DNA of 64,000 nucleotides. It comes from Vulcanimicrobiota bacterium. GTDB taxonomy: Bacteria > Vulcanimicrobiota > Vulcanimicrobiia > Vulcanimicrobiales > Vulcanimicrobiaceae. The notes under the pieces are model-generated. The model ran no database searches, was not told the origin of the DNA, and saw only the letters and a list, made by a program, of their open reading frames with translations. A program made the translations under genes and the position numbers. Position 1 is the stretch's first letter. Each line of letters opens with the position of its first letter. The stretch is taken from the NCBI GenBank assembly GCA_963714015.1, contig OY970223.1, positions 160,001 to 224,000 of the forward strand. Direction: 5' to 3'. Below are positions 22,727 to 31,779 of this stretch, piece after piece.

Positions 22727-22768
22727 GCCGGCTCATTACGCACGCCGGCTTGCGTACTAAAACGGAGG
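22727..22768 (+). promoter_or_regulatory. Hairpin plus AAACGGAGG RBS upstream of precursor P1
   Basis: GCCGGC-N11-GCCGGC followed by TGCGTACTAAAACGGAGG; similar element precedes P2. Confidence 0.55.
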
Positions 22769-22777
22769 CGCCATCTC

Positions 22778-22948
22778 ATGGAGTACGCCGCACCGAACGT
22801 CCTGACGTCTTACCTCGTTCCGGAGCTCTCTCGGGATGCAAGGGGCTTTGCCAGCGATCCCGTCTTCTGCGATCGTGACGAGCGCGCAGACTCGGGCCAT
22901 TATCCGGACTGCACGTATACCTTCGTGCCTCGCGGCGGGTACGACTAG
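22778..22948 (+). CDS. Putative RiPP precursor P1 (56 aa): MEYAAPNVLTSYLVPELSRDARG-FASDPVFCDRDERADSGHYPDCTYTFVPRGGYD
   Basis: GGAGG RBS; YxxP leader; paralogous to three other small ORFs; immediately upstream of a JmjC gene. Confidence 0.85.
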   Translation: MEYAAPNVLTSYLVPELSRDARGFASDPVFCDRDERADSGHYPDCTYTFVPRGGYD

Positions 22949-23064
22949 CCCGCCGCTTTTGCGGCATCTCGCCAAACGGCCCATTAATCCGACCGCAGAC
23001 GGCTCAGCGCTCTATAGTACGACGGCACGTATGGCCGTCCGTTGCCCTCGGATACGCTCATTTT

Positions 23065-24301
23065 ATGTGGAGCACTTCGCCTGCGGGGCGCGCCGCTTTG
23101 GCATGGCTGCTCACGCCGCTTTCGATTGAAGAGTTTCAATCGCAGTACTACGAGCGTGCGCCGATGCACGTTGCCCGCGACCGAGCTGGATATTACCAGC
23201 GCGTCTTCGATCTGCTCGAAGTGGAACGCATTCTCTACGCCAGCGAGCTTCACAAAGCCGATATCCGCCTGGTCAAAGACGGCGTGCCGGTGCGGCCGGA
23301 GTCATACCTGGTTCCGAAGCCGGTCTGCAAAGAGAACGAGCTCGAGCCGTATACCGATCGGGTCGACGCCGATCGGATCAGTGCGCTGTTTGCGAGCGGG
23401 TGCTCTATCGTCATGCACGACGTGCGCTCGCTTTCGGCTCCCGCGGCAAATTTCTGCCGTGAGTTGGAGATGCTCTTTCATCACCGCGTCTCGCCCAACA
23501 TGTATCTTACGCCCCCCGGTAATCAGGGCTTCGACGCGCACTACGACACGCACGATACGGCGATCGTGCAGATCGAGGGAACCAAGCACTGGCGCGTCTA
23601 CGAGTCGGCGTTTCCGCTTCCGCTGGACGATCAAACGTTCGATAAGCGCCTACACACTCCGGGAAAAGTTTGCATCGAGGCAGACCTGCGCCCCGGCGAT
23701 TTCCTCTACATCCCTCGCGGTTTTTTGCACGAGGCCAAGGCGAACGAGGACCTTTCGCTTCATTTGACGCTGGGTTTATATCCGCGTCGCTGGATCCAGG
23801 TGCTAAAGAAAGCGCTGGACGATGCCGGCGAGGCAGCGGAGAACGCGCTGCTGCGAGAGACGGCCACAGCCGAGAGCGTTCCGGCGCTGCACGCACTGCT
23901 GCAAAGCATCTTGGCGCATAGCGCGCTCTGCGCTGCCGAAGTCGCGATCGAAAACCAATTCGTGCGAGAACGGCGAAACGGGCTGGACGGCCAGATGAAT
24001 CAGATTTCCCGCTTGCGGGAGCTGGGCGAGGAATCGCTGGTTGCGCTGCGGCCGAACGTGCTGTACGAGCTGACCGAGAGCGAGAAAACCGCGCGGTTGG
24101 CGTTCTCCGGAAAGAATTTGGTGTTCGGAGCCGGCGCAAGCGGCATCATCCGGGAACTCGAAGGCGCGGCTTCGCGCGCGGGCCGGCGATCTGCTCAAGC
24201 ACGATCCCAAAGCGCTGGCGATCCTGCGTAAGCTGATTCAGGAAGGCTTTGCCGTTCAACTTCCTCCCGCGCAGCAGCGCGCAGCGCGAACGGTAGCCTA
24301 A
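23065..24301 (+). CDS. JmjC/cupin_4 (YcfD/NO66-like) Fe(II)/2OG oxygenase 1, frameshift near 24180
   Basis: YLTPPGNQGFDAHYDTHD, GTKHW and YIPRGFLHEA; C-terminus ALAILRKLIQEGFAVQ lies in a shifted frame ending TAA at 24301. Confidence 0.9.
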
Positions 24302-24556
24302 CTAAACACCGGCACGCTCGCCGAAACGTCCGTTCTGCACGTGCCGCGCAACCACCCGGGATAATACAGCCGGTATTGCAGTTTAGCCGCCGTCCGACCT
24401 TAGCGCCGGCTGCACCACATAACGCATAGTCCGATCGGCCCTCACGCCGAACATTTCACGTGTTTCTCAGGTCTTTCTCAGCAGCGGACGCCCCAGCGCA
24501 AGATGGTGCGCAGGGCGTTTGTGGCTCTCTCCACCGGTGCGTTATGCTCTGGTTGT

Positions 24557-24596
24557 GCCGGTGTATGCGCAACACCGGCGTGCTTACAAACGGAGG
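24557..24596 (+). promoter_or_regulatory. Hairpin plus AAACGGAGG RBS upstream of precursor P2
   Basis: GCCGGTGT-N7-ACACCGGC followed by GTGCTTACAAACGGAGG; possible -10 TATGCT at 24543-24548. Confidence 0.55.
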
Positions 24597-24606
24597 CACT
24601 ATTCTT

Positions 24607-24783
24607 ATGGAGTACACCGCACCCAAACTCCTGACGTCGTATGCGGTTCCAGATCTTTACAGCGATGCCAAAGGCTTTGCCAGCGACCCGCTGTATTGCG
24701 ACCCGAACCGGAGTGGCGATCTGGGTAACTACCCGAATTGCAACCCAAGCGCCAACATCGTTTGGCACCAACCGTACGACTAA
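24607..24783 (+). CDS. Putative RiPP precursor P2 (58 aa): MEYTAPKLLTSYAVPDLYSDAKG-FASDPLYCDPNRSGDLGNYPNCNPSANIVWHQPYD
   Basis: GGAGG RBS; clear paralog of P1; followed by a terminator and a JmjC gene. Confidence 0.88.
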   Translation: MEYTAPKLLTSYAVPDLYSDAKGFASDPLYCDPNRSGDLGNYPNCNPSANIVWHQPYD

Positions 24784-24812
24784 CGGATTACCGGCGGCTG
24801 GCGCCGCCATCG

Positions 24813-24850
24813 ACGAAGACCCGGCAAGTTCGTGCCGGGTCTTCGTTTTT
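24813..24850 (+). terminator. Intrinsic terminator after precursor P2
   Basis: 14-bp perfect stem ACGAAGACCCGGCA / TGCCGGGTCTTCGT followed by a T-run. Confidence 0.85.
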
Positions 24851-24964
24851 GCATGGGCTATCCGGCCTATGTGAGTTAAGTGTTCCAGGTCACGCCTACG
24901 TGAGGCCGGCGCCCGTTGGCGGCTCGCTCTTCGCGGACTACGCTAGAGGAAAAGGAGCCGACTG

Positions 24965-26191
24965 ATGGCCGCTGTTTCGCGCGATCGCACGACCCTGGCG
25001 TATCTGCTTGCGCCTCTTTCGATCGACGAATTCCTCAATGGGTACGCGCAGAGATCGCCTTTGCACGTCCGACGGGACGTCGAAGCGTATTATGAGCGAT
25101 ACTTCAACCTGAGCGAGTTCGAACGCGTCATATTCGGCTGTAAAATCACGACCGATGATCTGCGGATGATCAAGGACGGAACGCCGGTGCGTGAGGAGTC
25201 CTACATCTGGGAAGCTCCGAAAAAGTATACACCGCCTACGGTAACGTATCGCAGCAGCGTCGTGGACGCAGACCGCTTGGCCGGGCAGTTCGCGCACGGC
25301 TGCACGGTCAACATGAACAACATCGAACGCTACTCGCCTGGCGCGGCGTCGCTCGCCCGCGATCTTTCCGCGTTCTTTCAGAGCGGGGTTGGCGCAAATG
25401 TCTATCTGACGCCGCCGGGAAACCAAGGGTTCGGCGCCCACTACGACACGCACGACACAATGATCTTACAGATCGAGGGATCCAAGCGCTGGCGAGTATA
25501 CGAGCCGACGATCGAGTTGCCGCTCGACCATCAAATTTATCATCGCATCGGACATACGGTGCCCGGTCCATTGCTCTTCGAAACCGATTTGATGCCCGGC
25601 GATTTGCTCTACTTGCCGCGCGGCTTCTTTCACGAAGGGAAAGCCAACGAGGAACTCTCACTCCACGTCACATACAGCATCGCTCAGCCGCGCTGGGTGC
25701 AAGTTGCAATCGAAGCCCTCATGCGAGCCGCGGAATCGGACGTCCGCCTGCGCCGCTTCGCGGTCGATAGTCCTTCCGACGTCCCGGCCGCCCTCGCCGC
25801 GGCGTTGACCCCGGAGTTGCTGCAAGCCGCGCTGGACCGGTTGCGCGCTGAATTCCATGCCGTGTACCGCAGCGAGCTGGACGGCCAGCTGCGCCAGGTT
25901 GCGGCCTTGAACGATCTCTCGGAGCATTCGTTTATCTCCAAACGGCCTAGCGTTCTCTATGACGTCGAGGAAACTCCGAACGGCGTGCGCCTGACCTTCG
26001 CGGGCAAGACGGTCGGTCTTCCAGCCTCTGCAAAAGCCGTTGTCAACGAGCTCGACAGCGTTTCGGCCGTTGCCGTTTCCTCGCTGGTTGCGCACGATCC
26101 TAAGGCGCTCAACATCGTCCGGCGCCTCATTCAGGAAGGCTTTGCCGTTCAATTGCGGCCCGAGCGCAACCACAGCGCATCGGTTGCCTGA
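24965..26191 (+). CDS. JmjC/cupin_4 oxygenase 2
   Basis: GFGAHYDTHD, GSKRW and YLPRGFFHEG; AAAGGAG RBS. Confidence 0.92.
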   Translation: MAAVSRDRTTLAYLLAPLSIDEFLNGYAQRSPLHVRRDVEAYYERYFNLSEFERVIFGCKITTDDLRMIKDGTPVREESYIWEAPKKYTPPTVTYRSSVVDADRLAGQFAHGCTVNMNNIERYSPGAASLARDLSAFFQSGVGANVYLTPPGNQGFGAHYDTHDTMILQIEGSKRWRVYEPTIELPLDHQIYHRIGHTVPGPLLFETDLMPGDLLYLPRGFFHEGKANEELSLHVTYSIAQPRWVQVAIEALMRAAESDVRLRRFAVDSPSDVPAALAAALTPELLQAALDRLRAEFHAVYRSELDGQLRQVAALNDLSEHSFISKRPSVLYDVEETPNGVRLTFAGKTVGLPASAKAVVNELDSVSAVAVSSLVAHDPKALNIVRRLIQEGFAVQLRPERNHSASVA

Positions 26192-26213
26192 GCGGCCATG
26201 AACTGCGCATAAA

Positions 26214-27176
26214 ATGATCCCCCAATCAGCCGTGCCGATCCGTCTTATCCGCCGCGAAGGAGAAATCGGCGTCGATTGGCTCCGGCTCACTGCGTCGAAC
26301 ATGTCCGAACCGTTCTTCTTTCAGACCGTAAAACGGCTCAGGGAAGCCGGAGAACGCTACGTTTTCACCGGAGCCGACGAGTTGACGGCCTTTGCCGAAC
26401 GCTCGCACGACGTGAAGACCGCCTTTATTTTTCACGTTTCGCACTGCGGGTCGACGCTTCTCGCAAATGCGTTGAAAACCGTGGCAAATGCAGTTGTGAT
26501 CTCGGAACCGGCGTTGATGACGCCTGGTCAGCTTTTGTCGCCCTCGGCACGAAAGGCGTTCGGCCGATCTACGCTCGAGGCGCTCATCCTGGGCGCCGTC
26601 AACGCTTACGCTCTGAACGGGCCGCCAAAGCGTTACGTGTTTTTTAAGTTCATGGACTTGGCCAGCCTTGCGCTACCGACGCTGCGCCGCATGTTTCCGG
26701 CCGTCCCGTTTGTGTTCATCTATCGCGAACCCAGCCACGTCATTGCCTCGAACCTTGAGGAGGTGCCGGAAGATCTGCGTCTGAGCGCTGCGCCCGACAT
26801 TAAAGCCTTGCTCGGGAAGGATCAGGCTTGGGAGCCTTCCGCGACGGCCTGGTGGTCAGCAATATACGAGGCCGAGTGTCTGCGGGCGGCCGTAGCGCCG
26901 AACACGGTTATGGTAGACTACTGTGATCTGAACGATACCCGCGCAGTTCAGTTGATGTGCCACCTGGGAATGAACAGTGGCGACATCGACAAGGCTGCAG
27001 TCTCGACAACATTCGGGCGCTACTCGAAGGCCTCGCCAACCCAGAACATGACGTTCTCGCCGGCAGCGGACTACGAGCGCCGCCGCACTACGGCAGAACG
27101 AATGGATCCTGGAGAGTATCTCCCCGCAAGCGCAGCTTACCGGCGTCTGCGCGCGATGAAAGCGCGAATCGCATAG
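26214..27176 (+). CDS. Sulfotransferase-like (PAPS-binding P-loop) protein
   Basis: FIFHVSHCGSTLL (5'-PSB-like), ISEP and FVFIYREP..VIAS (3'-PB-like) motifs. Confidence 0.7.
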   Translation: MIPQSAVPIRLIRREGEIGVDWLRLTASNMSEPFFFQTVKRLREAGERYVFTGADELTAFAERSHDVKTAFIFHVSHCGSTLLANALKTVANAVVISEPALMTPGQLLSPSARKAFGRSTLEALILGAVNAYALNGPPKRYVFFKFMDLASLALPTLRRMFPAVPFVFIYREPSHVIASNLEEVPEDLRLSAAPDIKALLGKDQAWEPSATAWWSAIYEAECLRAAVAPNTVMVDYCDLNDTRAVQLMCHLGMNSGDIDKAAVSTTFGRYSKASPTQNMTFSPAADYERRRTTAERMDPGEYLPASAAYRRLRAMKARIA

Positions 27177-27183
27177 GAGCGTT

Positions 27184-28416
27184 ATGTGGAACTTTAAGTA
27201 TGACCAAGTGCTGCGCCGTTTCCTGACCCCGGTTCCGCTTGAACGTTTCCTGTCCGAATACTACGAGCGCAAAGTTCTGTACCTTCCGCGAAATGACGCG
27301 CAGTTTTTTCAGGGCGATTTCAGTCTGGCCGAGGTCGATCGATTCCTTCACAGCGTTGAGATTTCGGCCTCTTTTCTGCATGTCCTAAAAGACGGCGTCG
27401 GGACACCCGTCGCGGAGTATTCGCGCAACGTTCCGCGTTCCGATCCCGTTACGCATACCAGCGGCCAGGCGGCGATACTGGACCCGGGTCTCGTCGGCGA
27501 CTTTTTTGCCCGCGGCCATACGCTGCACTTCGATCATATACGTTCGTATAGTCCACAAGCAGCAGCGCTCTGCCGCGAGCTCGAGGGTTTCTTCGGCCAT
27601 CGCATCCGATGCACCGCATTCTTGACGCCGTCGCACAGTAAGGGATTTCGACTTCACTACGACGTGTACGATACATTCATTCTGCAGATTCACGGCTCCA
27701 AACGCTGGCGCGTGTCCGAAACGATGTTTCCGCTGCCGCTCGTGAGCCAGTTTTACACGCCTGACATGCAACCCGGCCCGTTGCTTCTGGATACCGTGCT
27801 GCGCCCTGGGGACTTCTTGTATATGCCGCGCGGCACGTTTCACGAAGCGGCAGCGGACGACGAAGCCTCGCTGCACTTGTCGATCGTGCCGGACCCCCTG
27901 CGATGGGAAGCGGTATTTCACCGCGTGCTGTCGGAGGTTGCGAAGGAAGAACTCCCGCTCCGTAGCAGCACGGCGACTCCGCTGAACGAGGAGGAGCTGG
28001 AAGTCATCGGAAGGCGCGTCTTTTCACGGGTGAGATCCGAAACCGCCAAGGACGAGCTGGAACTCGATTTTTACACGACGCGGCGAAACGACGGCAGCGG
28101 GCAGCTGCAGCAGATCTTGGATGCCGATCGGATCACGCCGCTTACGCAGATCTCCATTCGCGCCGGGTCGCTGTACAGCCTAAGCGAATCGGACCTGACC
28201 GCAACGGTGCGCTTTTCGGCAAAAGTCCTTCAGCTGCCGCGGAGTGCAGCGGAAATCGTCCGAGCTCTCGAATTGAACGGCCCGATGCCCGTGGCGGCGT
28301 TTCTCAAGTACGACGGAAACGCGCTTGCAATCGCGCGCACGTTGCTCAAGAGCGGCTTCTTAATGATGTCCGCGGAGCCGGAGAAGACCGGTGCAGTGCG
28401 CGTCCGATTGGGCTAA
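27184..28416 (+). CDS. JmjC/cupin_4 oxygenase 3
   Basis: GFRLHYDVYD, GSKRW and YMPRGTFHEA motifs. Confidence 0.92.
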   Translation: MWNFKYDQVLRRFLTPVPLERFLSEYYERKVLYLPRNDAQFFQGDFSLAEVDRFLHSVEISASFLHVLKDGVGTPVAEYSRNVPRSDPVTHTSGQAAILDPGLVGDFFARGHTLHFDHIRSYSPQAAALCRELEGFFGHRIRCTAFLTPSHSKGFRLHYDVYDTFILQIHGSKRWRVSETMFPLPLVSQFYTPDMQPGPLLLDTVLRPGDFLYMPRGTFHEAAADDEASLHLSIVPDPLRWEAVFHRVLSEVAKEELPLRSSTATPLNEEELEVIGRRVFSRVRSETAKDELELDFYTTRRNDGSGQLQQILDADRITPLTQISIRAGSLYSLSESDLTATVRFSAKVLQLPRSAAEIVRALELNGPMPVAAFLKYDGNALAIARTLLKSGFLMMSAEPEKTGAVRVRLG

Positions 28417-29053
28417 AGAGTACGCCGTCGCTTTAGAGGCGCGAGCAAATCCCTGGCCCCGCGCGCTGCAGCCCGGCTCCCTGGGAGCGCTCCTTTCTCC
28501 GGACGAGCGTGAGCCGGACTGCCATCGCTGGCTAGCGCATCGTATCTCCGAGGCGAGGTCGCAGCAGGCATCCCTTGTCGGCCGCGCGCAGGACGCGGTT
28601 CGCATGGAGTTCACGTTGCGCTATTCCTGGTCGATACCGACGCGTGAAGCACTCGATGCAATCGCACGCGCTCGCCGGGTGGAGTCTTAGAGGTCGGCGC
28701 CGGAAACGGCTACTGGTCGTTTCTGCTGCGCTCCCGCGGCATGCCGTTCGTTGCGGTCGACCGTTTTCCGGTTGAGAGCGGTTCAAACCCGGCCTGGAAG
28801 CTCCGATCCGCAGCCCGCTCGCGCCCAATCTCACGCGCCCTGGACGGCCGATGGAGCCGGTAAACGGAAAAGAGATCGCGACAGTACGGCAGCCGAGCCG
28901 GCGCTGCTCATCTGCTGGCTCTATTCGGCGCGCACGCTTCAAACGTATGAAGGCGGCACAATCGTGTTCGTCGGAGAGCCTCGCGGCCGTAACGATTTTC
29001 TACGAATTCTACGACGAACTGCTCGGCGAACTGGAGCGTCGCGGGGCGAGTGA
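28391..29053 (+). CDS. Class I SAM-dependent methyltransferase-like gene, several frameshifts (sequencing error or decay)
   Basis: YSWSIPTREALDAIA, then in a shifted frame VLEVGAGNGYWSFLLRSRG..VAVD, later LLICW and IVFVGE. Confidence 0.55.
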
Positions 29054-29200
29054 GCGCGATTCCGCGCTTCTTCAACTCCCACGATTCACTTTGGATTTTC
29101 CGCCGAAGAAGCGGCTCCGGACGGCCCGGCCCGATCGGCCCATTCCGGCATGATGCGCCGGTTTGATGGCTCCCGAAGGTTTCCGCGCTAAGCTGCCGCT

Positions 29201-30421
29201 ATGTGGAGCTCATCGGCAGCCGAACGGGCCGTTTTTTCTTGGCTGGTCGCGCCTCATTCCATCGACGATTTCGCCGGGCATTACGAGCGCGCGCCGTTTC
29301 ACATATCGCGCAACGAGTCCGGACGCTACGATCGATATTTCAGTTTGCAGGAGATGGAGCGCGTGCTCTTCGGGTGCGAGCTGAACGTCAAGGATCTGCA
29401 GATCATCAAAGACGGCACCGCCGCTCGCCCCGAGACCTACACTCGCTCGCATTCCGAACCGAAACATCCGCTCGATCAGGCCGCCGGTGAAATCGTGAAC
29501 CCCGACCGCGCGAGCGCCCTCTTCGCAAGCGGGTGCACGGTCGTGCTCGACAACGTCAACAAATATTCCGCGTCGATGGCGTCGCTGTGCCGCGATCTGG
29601 AGATGTTTTTCGGCTGCCACGTCAACCCGAACGTCTACATGACGCCGCCGGGAAATCAAGGCTTCGCGGTTCATTACGACACGCATGACGCGCTGATCGT
29701 CCAAATCCGCGGATCGAAGCACTGGCGCGTGTACGAGTCCGCATTCCGGCTGCCGCTCGAGCATCAATACTGGGACAAGAAACTCTACCCCGCCGGCAAT
29801 ATGGTGCTCGATATGGAGATGCGGCCCGGGGACTTCCTTTACATTCCGCGCGGCTGCCTGCACGAGGCGAAGGCCAATGACGAGCTTTCGCTGCACGTAA
29901 CCATCGGACTCTATCCGACCCTTTGGACGCACGTCGCCGCGCAAGCGCTGATGAGGGCGGCGGAGGCGCTTCCATCGCTGCGGCAGGCGGCCGACGAAGA
30001 CGCAGCGGAGGCAATCTCGGCCGAGCTCGCGCAGGTCCTTGCGCCCGCGCGTCTGACCGAAGCTCTGCGCGCAGCCCGGCGAAGCTGGCGCAACGATCGC
30101 GACAACGGCCTCGAAGGACAACTCGAACAACTCGCCGCGCTGCCGCATCTGAACGAAGCGTCGATCGTGCGCAGGCGTCCGAACCTCTCTTACGAGTGGA
30201 TGGAGACCGAGCGCGGCGTCACGCTCACGTTTTCGGGAAAAACGGTGATACTCTCCAAGTCCGCGGCCGTCGTCATTCGCAAACTCGAAGCGGCCTCCGA
30301 ACTGGACGTCGCCGCACTCTGCGAACAAGACGAAAGTGCGCTCAAAGCGGTGCGCAAGCTGATTCAGGAAGGGTTCGCGATTCAGGAGCTCGGCGGCGAA
30401 CGCCGCTATAGAATCGCGTAG
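29201..30421 (+). CDS. JmjC/cupin_4 oxygenase 4
   Basis: GFAVHYDTHD, GSKHW, YIPRGCLHEA and C-terminal KLIQEGFA. Confidence 0.92.
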   Translation: MWSSSAAERAVFSWLVAPHSIDDFAGHYERAPFHISRNESGRYDRYFSLQEMERVLFGCELNVKDLQIIKDGTAARPETYTRSHSEPKHPLDQAAGEIVNPDRASALFASGCTVVLDNVNKYSASMASLCRDLEMFFGCHVNPNVYMTPPGNQGFAVHYDTHDALIVQIRGSKHWRVYESAFRLPLEHQYWDKKLYPAGNMVLDMEMRPGDFLYIPRGCLHEAKANDELSLHVTIGLYPTLWTHVAAQALMRAAEALPSLRQAADEDAAEAISAELAQVLAPARLTEALRAARRSWRNDRDNGLEGQLEQLAALPHLNEASIVRRRPNLSYEWMETERGVTLTFSGKTVILSKSAAVVIRKLEAASELDVAALCEQDESALKAVRKLIQEGFAIQELGGERRYRIA

Positions 30422-31668
30422 ATCGTGTGACCGTCGGCGATCAAGATCGTATTTCCTAACAAAACGGGCGGCGAAACGGAAAACGGTTCATTGAACGGCT
30501 GCTCGCGCAACACGCTTCCCGTTGCGGCGTTCAATGTGTAGAACATTCCCGCCGTATCGCCGACGAATACACGCCCTCCGGCGGTCACGGGGCTCATCTT
30601 AATCGGAGCGATCGACGTGAAGCGCCAGCGCACGGCTCCCGATCGCGCGTCGAAGGCGATCAACTCGTCGCTCGTGGGCATTGCTTGAAAATACATGCCC
30701 GCGGCATAGGTGCCGGCGATGGCGCGCTCCGACGATCCGACTTCGGTGTAGGGACCGGTGCGCGGACTGCGGTAGGTCCAGCGAACTGCGCCCGTATGCG
30801 CATCCAGCGCGGTCACGATCGTGCGCCCTTCCTTGCGGCTCGACCAGTTGCTCGCGTCGTTTTCGACGTTGCTTACGAAAATCGATCCCGCGCCGTAGGC
30901 CGGCGAGCAATCCGAATTGCCGAAGGGCGCGCTCCACAGCTGTTTTCCCGATTCCGGGTCGAGCGCATACGTGCGGCAATGATAAGGCCACGTGTAGTCG
31001 CATGCGGAAACGTAGCCCACTCCGCCGGCCAGCGTCGAAGAGGCCATGGTAGCGGGACCGACCAGCGCGTCTTTCCAGCGCAGGTTGCCGGATGCTGCGT
31101 CCAAACCGTAGGCGTGAAAGTCACCGTTCGCAAAAAAGATCGTGCCGCCGTCGATCGCCGGAGAAGGCATGTCTTCGCCGACAGTCGGGAAGGCCCACCG
31201 CTGCGCGCCGGTGCGCGCGTCGAACGCGATCAAACGATCGCCGCCGGGCCGCCCCCAGACGAGATTTCCGCTGTGCTCCGGATCGGTCGAGAGTTTCGGA
31301 TTGGGGATTCGCGCATTCGTCCCGGAACCGACGTACACGATGCCGTTTGCCAGAACCGGCGTCGACATCAATACGTCGTTTGTATGAGTGCGCCACAGCA
31401 CTTTGCCGTTCTTGGCATTAATTGCCAAAAGCTCGTTCGCAAAGGTGTCGACGAAAAGCGTCGTGCCCGCCACCGCGAATCCGCCGTTGACCTGCTGACC
31501 GACGTCGAGCTTCCAATGCGTGCTGAAACCGTCCAGAGGCACGACGGCGTTGTGATCGGGCGTGCGTTGAAACATCGCCCAAGAGTCGGATGGCGACACG
31601 TTCGCGGTCGCGCCATGACTGCACGCGCAGAGAACGGCGAGCAGAGCAAGTACTGAAAGCCTTACCAT
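30406..31668 (-). CDS. PQQ-like beta-propeller repeat lipoprotein
   Basis: Lipobox-like LCAC; repeated A.DA.TG...W blades. Confidence 0.8.
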   Translation of the reverse strand: MVRLSVLALLAVLCACSHGATANVSPSDSWAMFQRTPDHNAVVPLDGFSTHWKLDVGQQVNGGFAVAGTTLFVDTFANELLAINAKNGKVLWRTHTNDVLMSTPVLANGIVYVGSGTNARIPNPKLSTDPEHSGNLVWGRPGGDRLIAFDARTGAQRWAFPTVGEDMPSPAIDGGTIFFANGDFHAYGLDAASGNLRWKDALVGPATMASSTLAGGVGYVSACDYTWPYHCRTYALDPESGKQLWSAPFGNSDCSPAYGAGSIFVSNVENDASNWSSRKEGRTIVTALDAHTGAVRWTYRSPRTGPYTEVGSSERAIAGTYAAGMYFQAMPTSDELIAFDARSGAVRWRFTSIAPIKMSPVTAGGRVFVGDTAGMFYTLNAATGSVLREQPFNEPFSVSPPVLLGNTILIADGHTIYAIL

Positions 31669-31779
31669 ACTCGAAGGTTCTTTTTGCAGCCCGATACTCC
31701 CCGCATGCAAACGTCTCATTCTGCCGTAAGCCATTACGCCCATGAAGTCACGACGCCGGGGCTTTACTATCAAAAGAGC

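Noticed and set aside
22694..24606. Longer N-terminal versions of the P1 and P2 ORFs given in the track (84 and 107 aa)
   Set aside because: Both have a GGAGG RBS just before the MEY start, and protein homology begins there; the upstream parts are better read as UTR.
29210..30328. Long antisense ORFs such as this 372-aa one, and many other Arg/Ala-rich track ORFs
   Set aside because: They are shadows of real genes in GC-rich DNA and carry no motifs.
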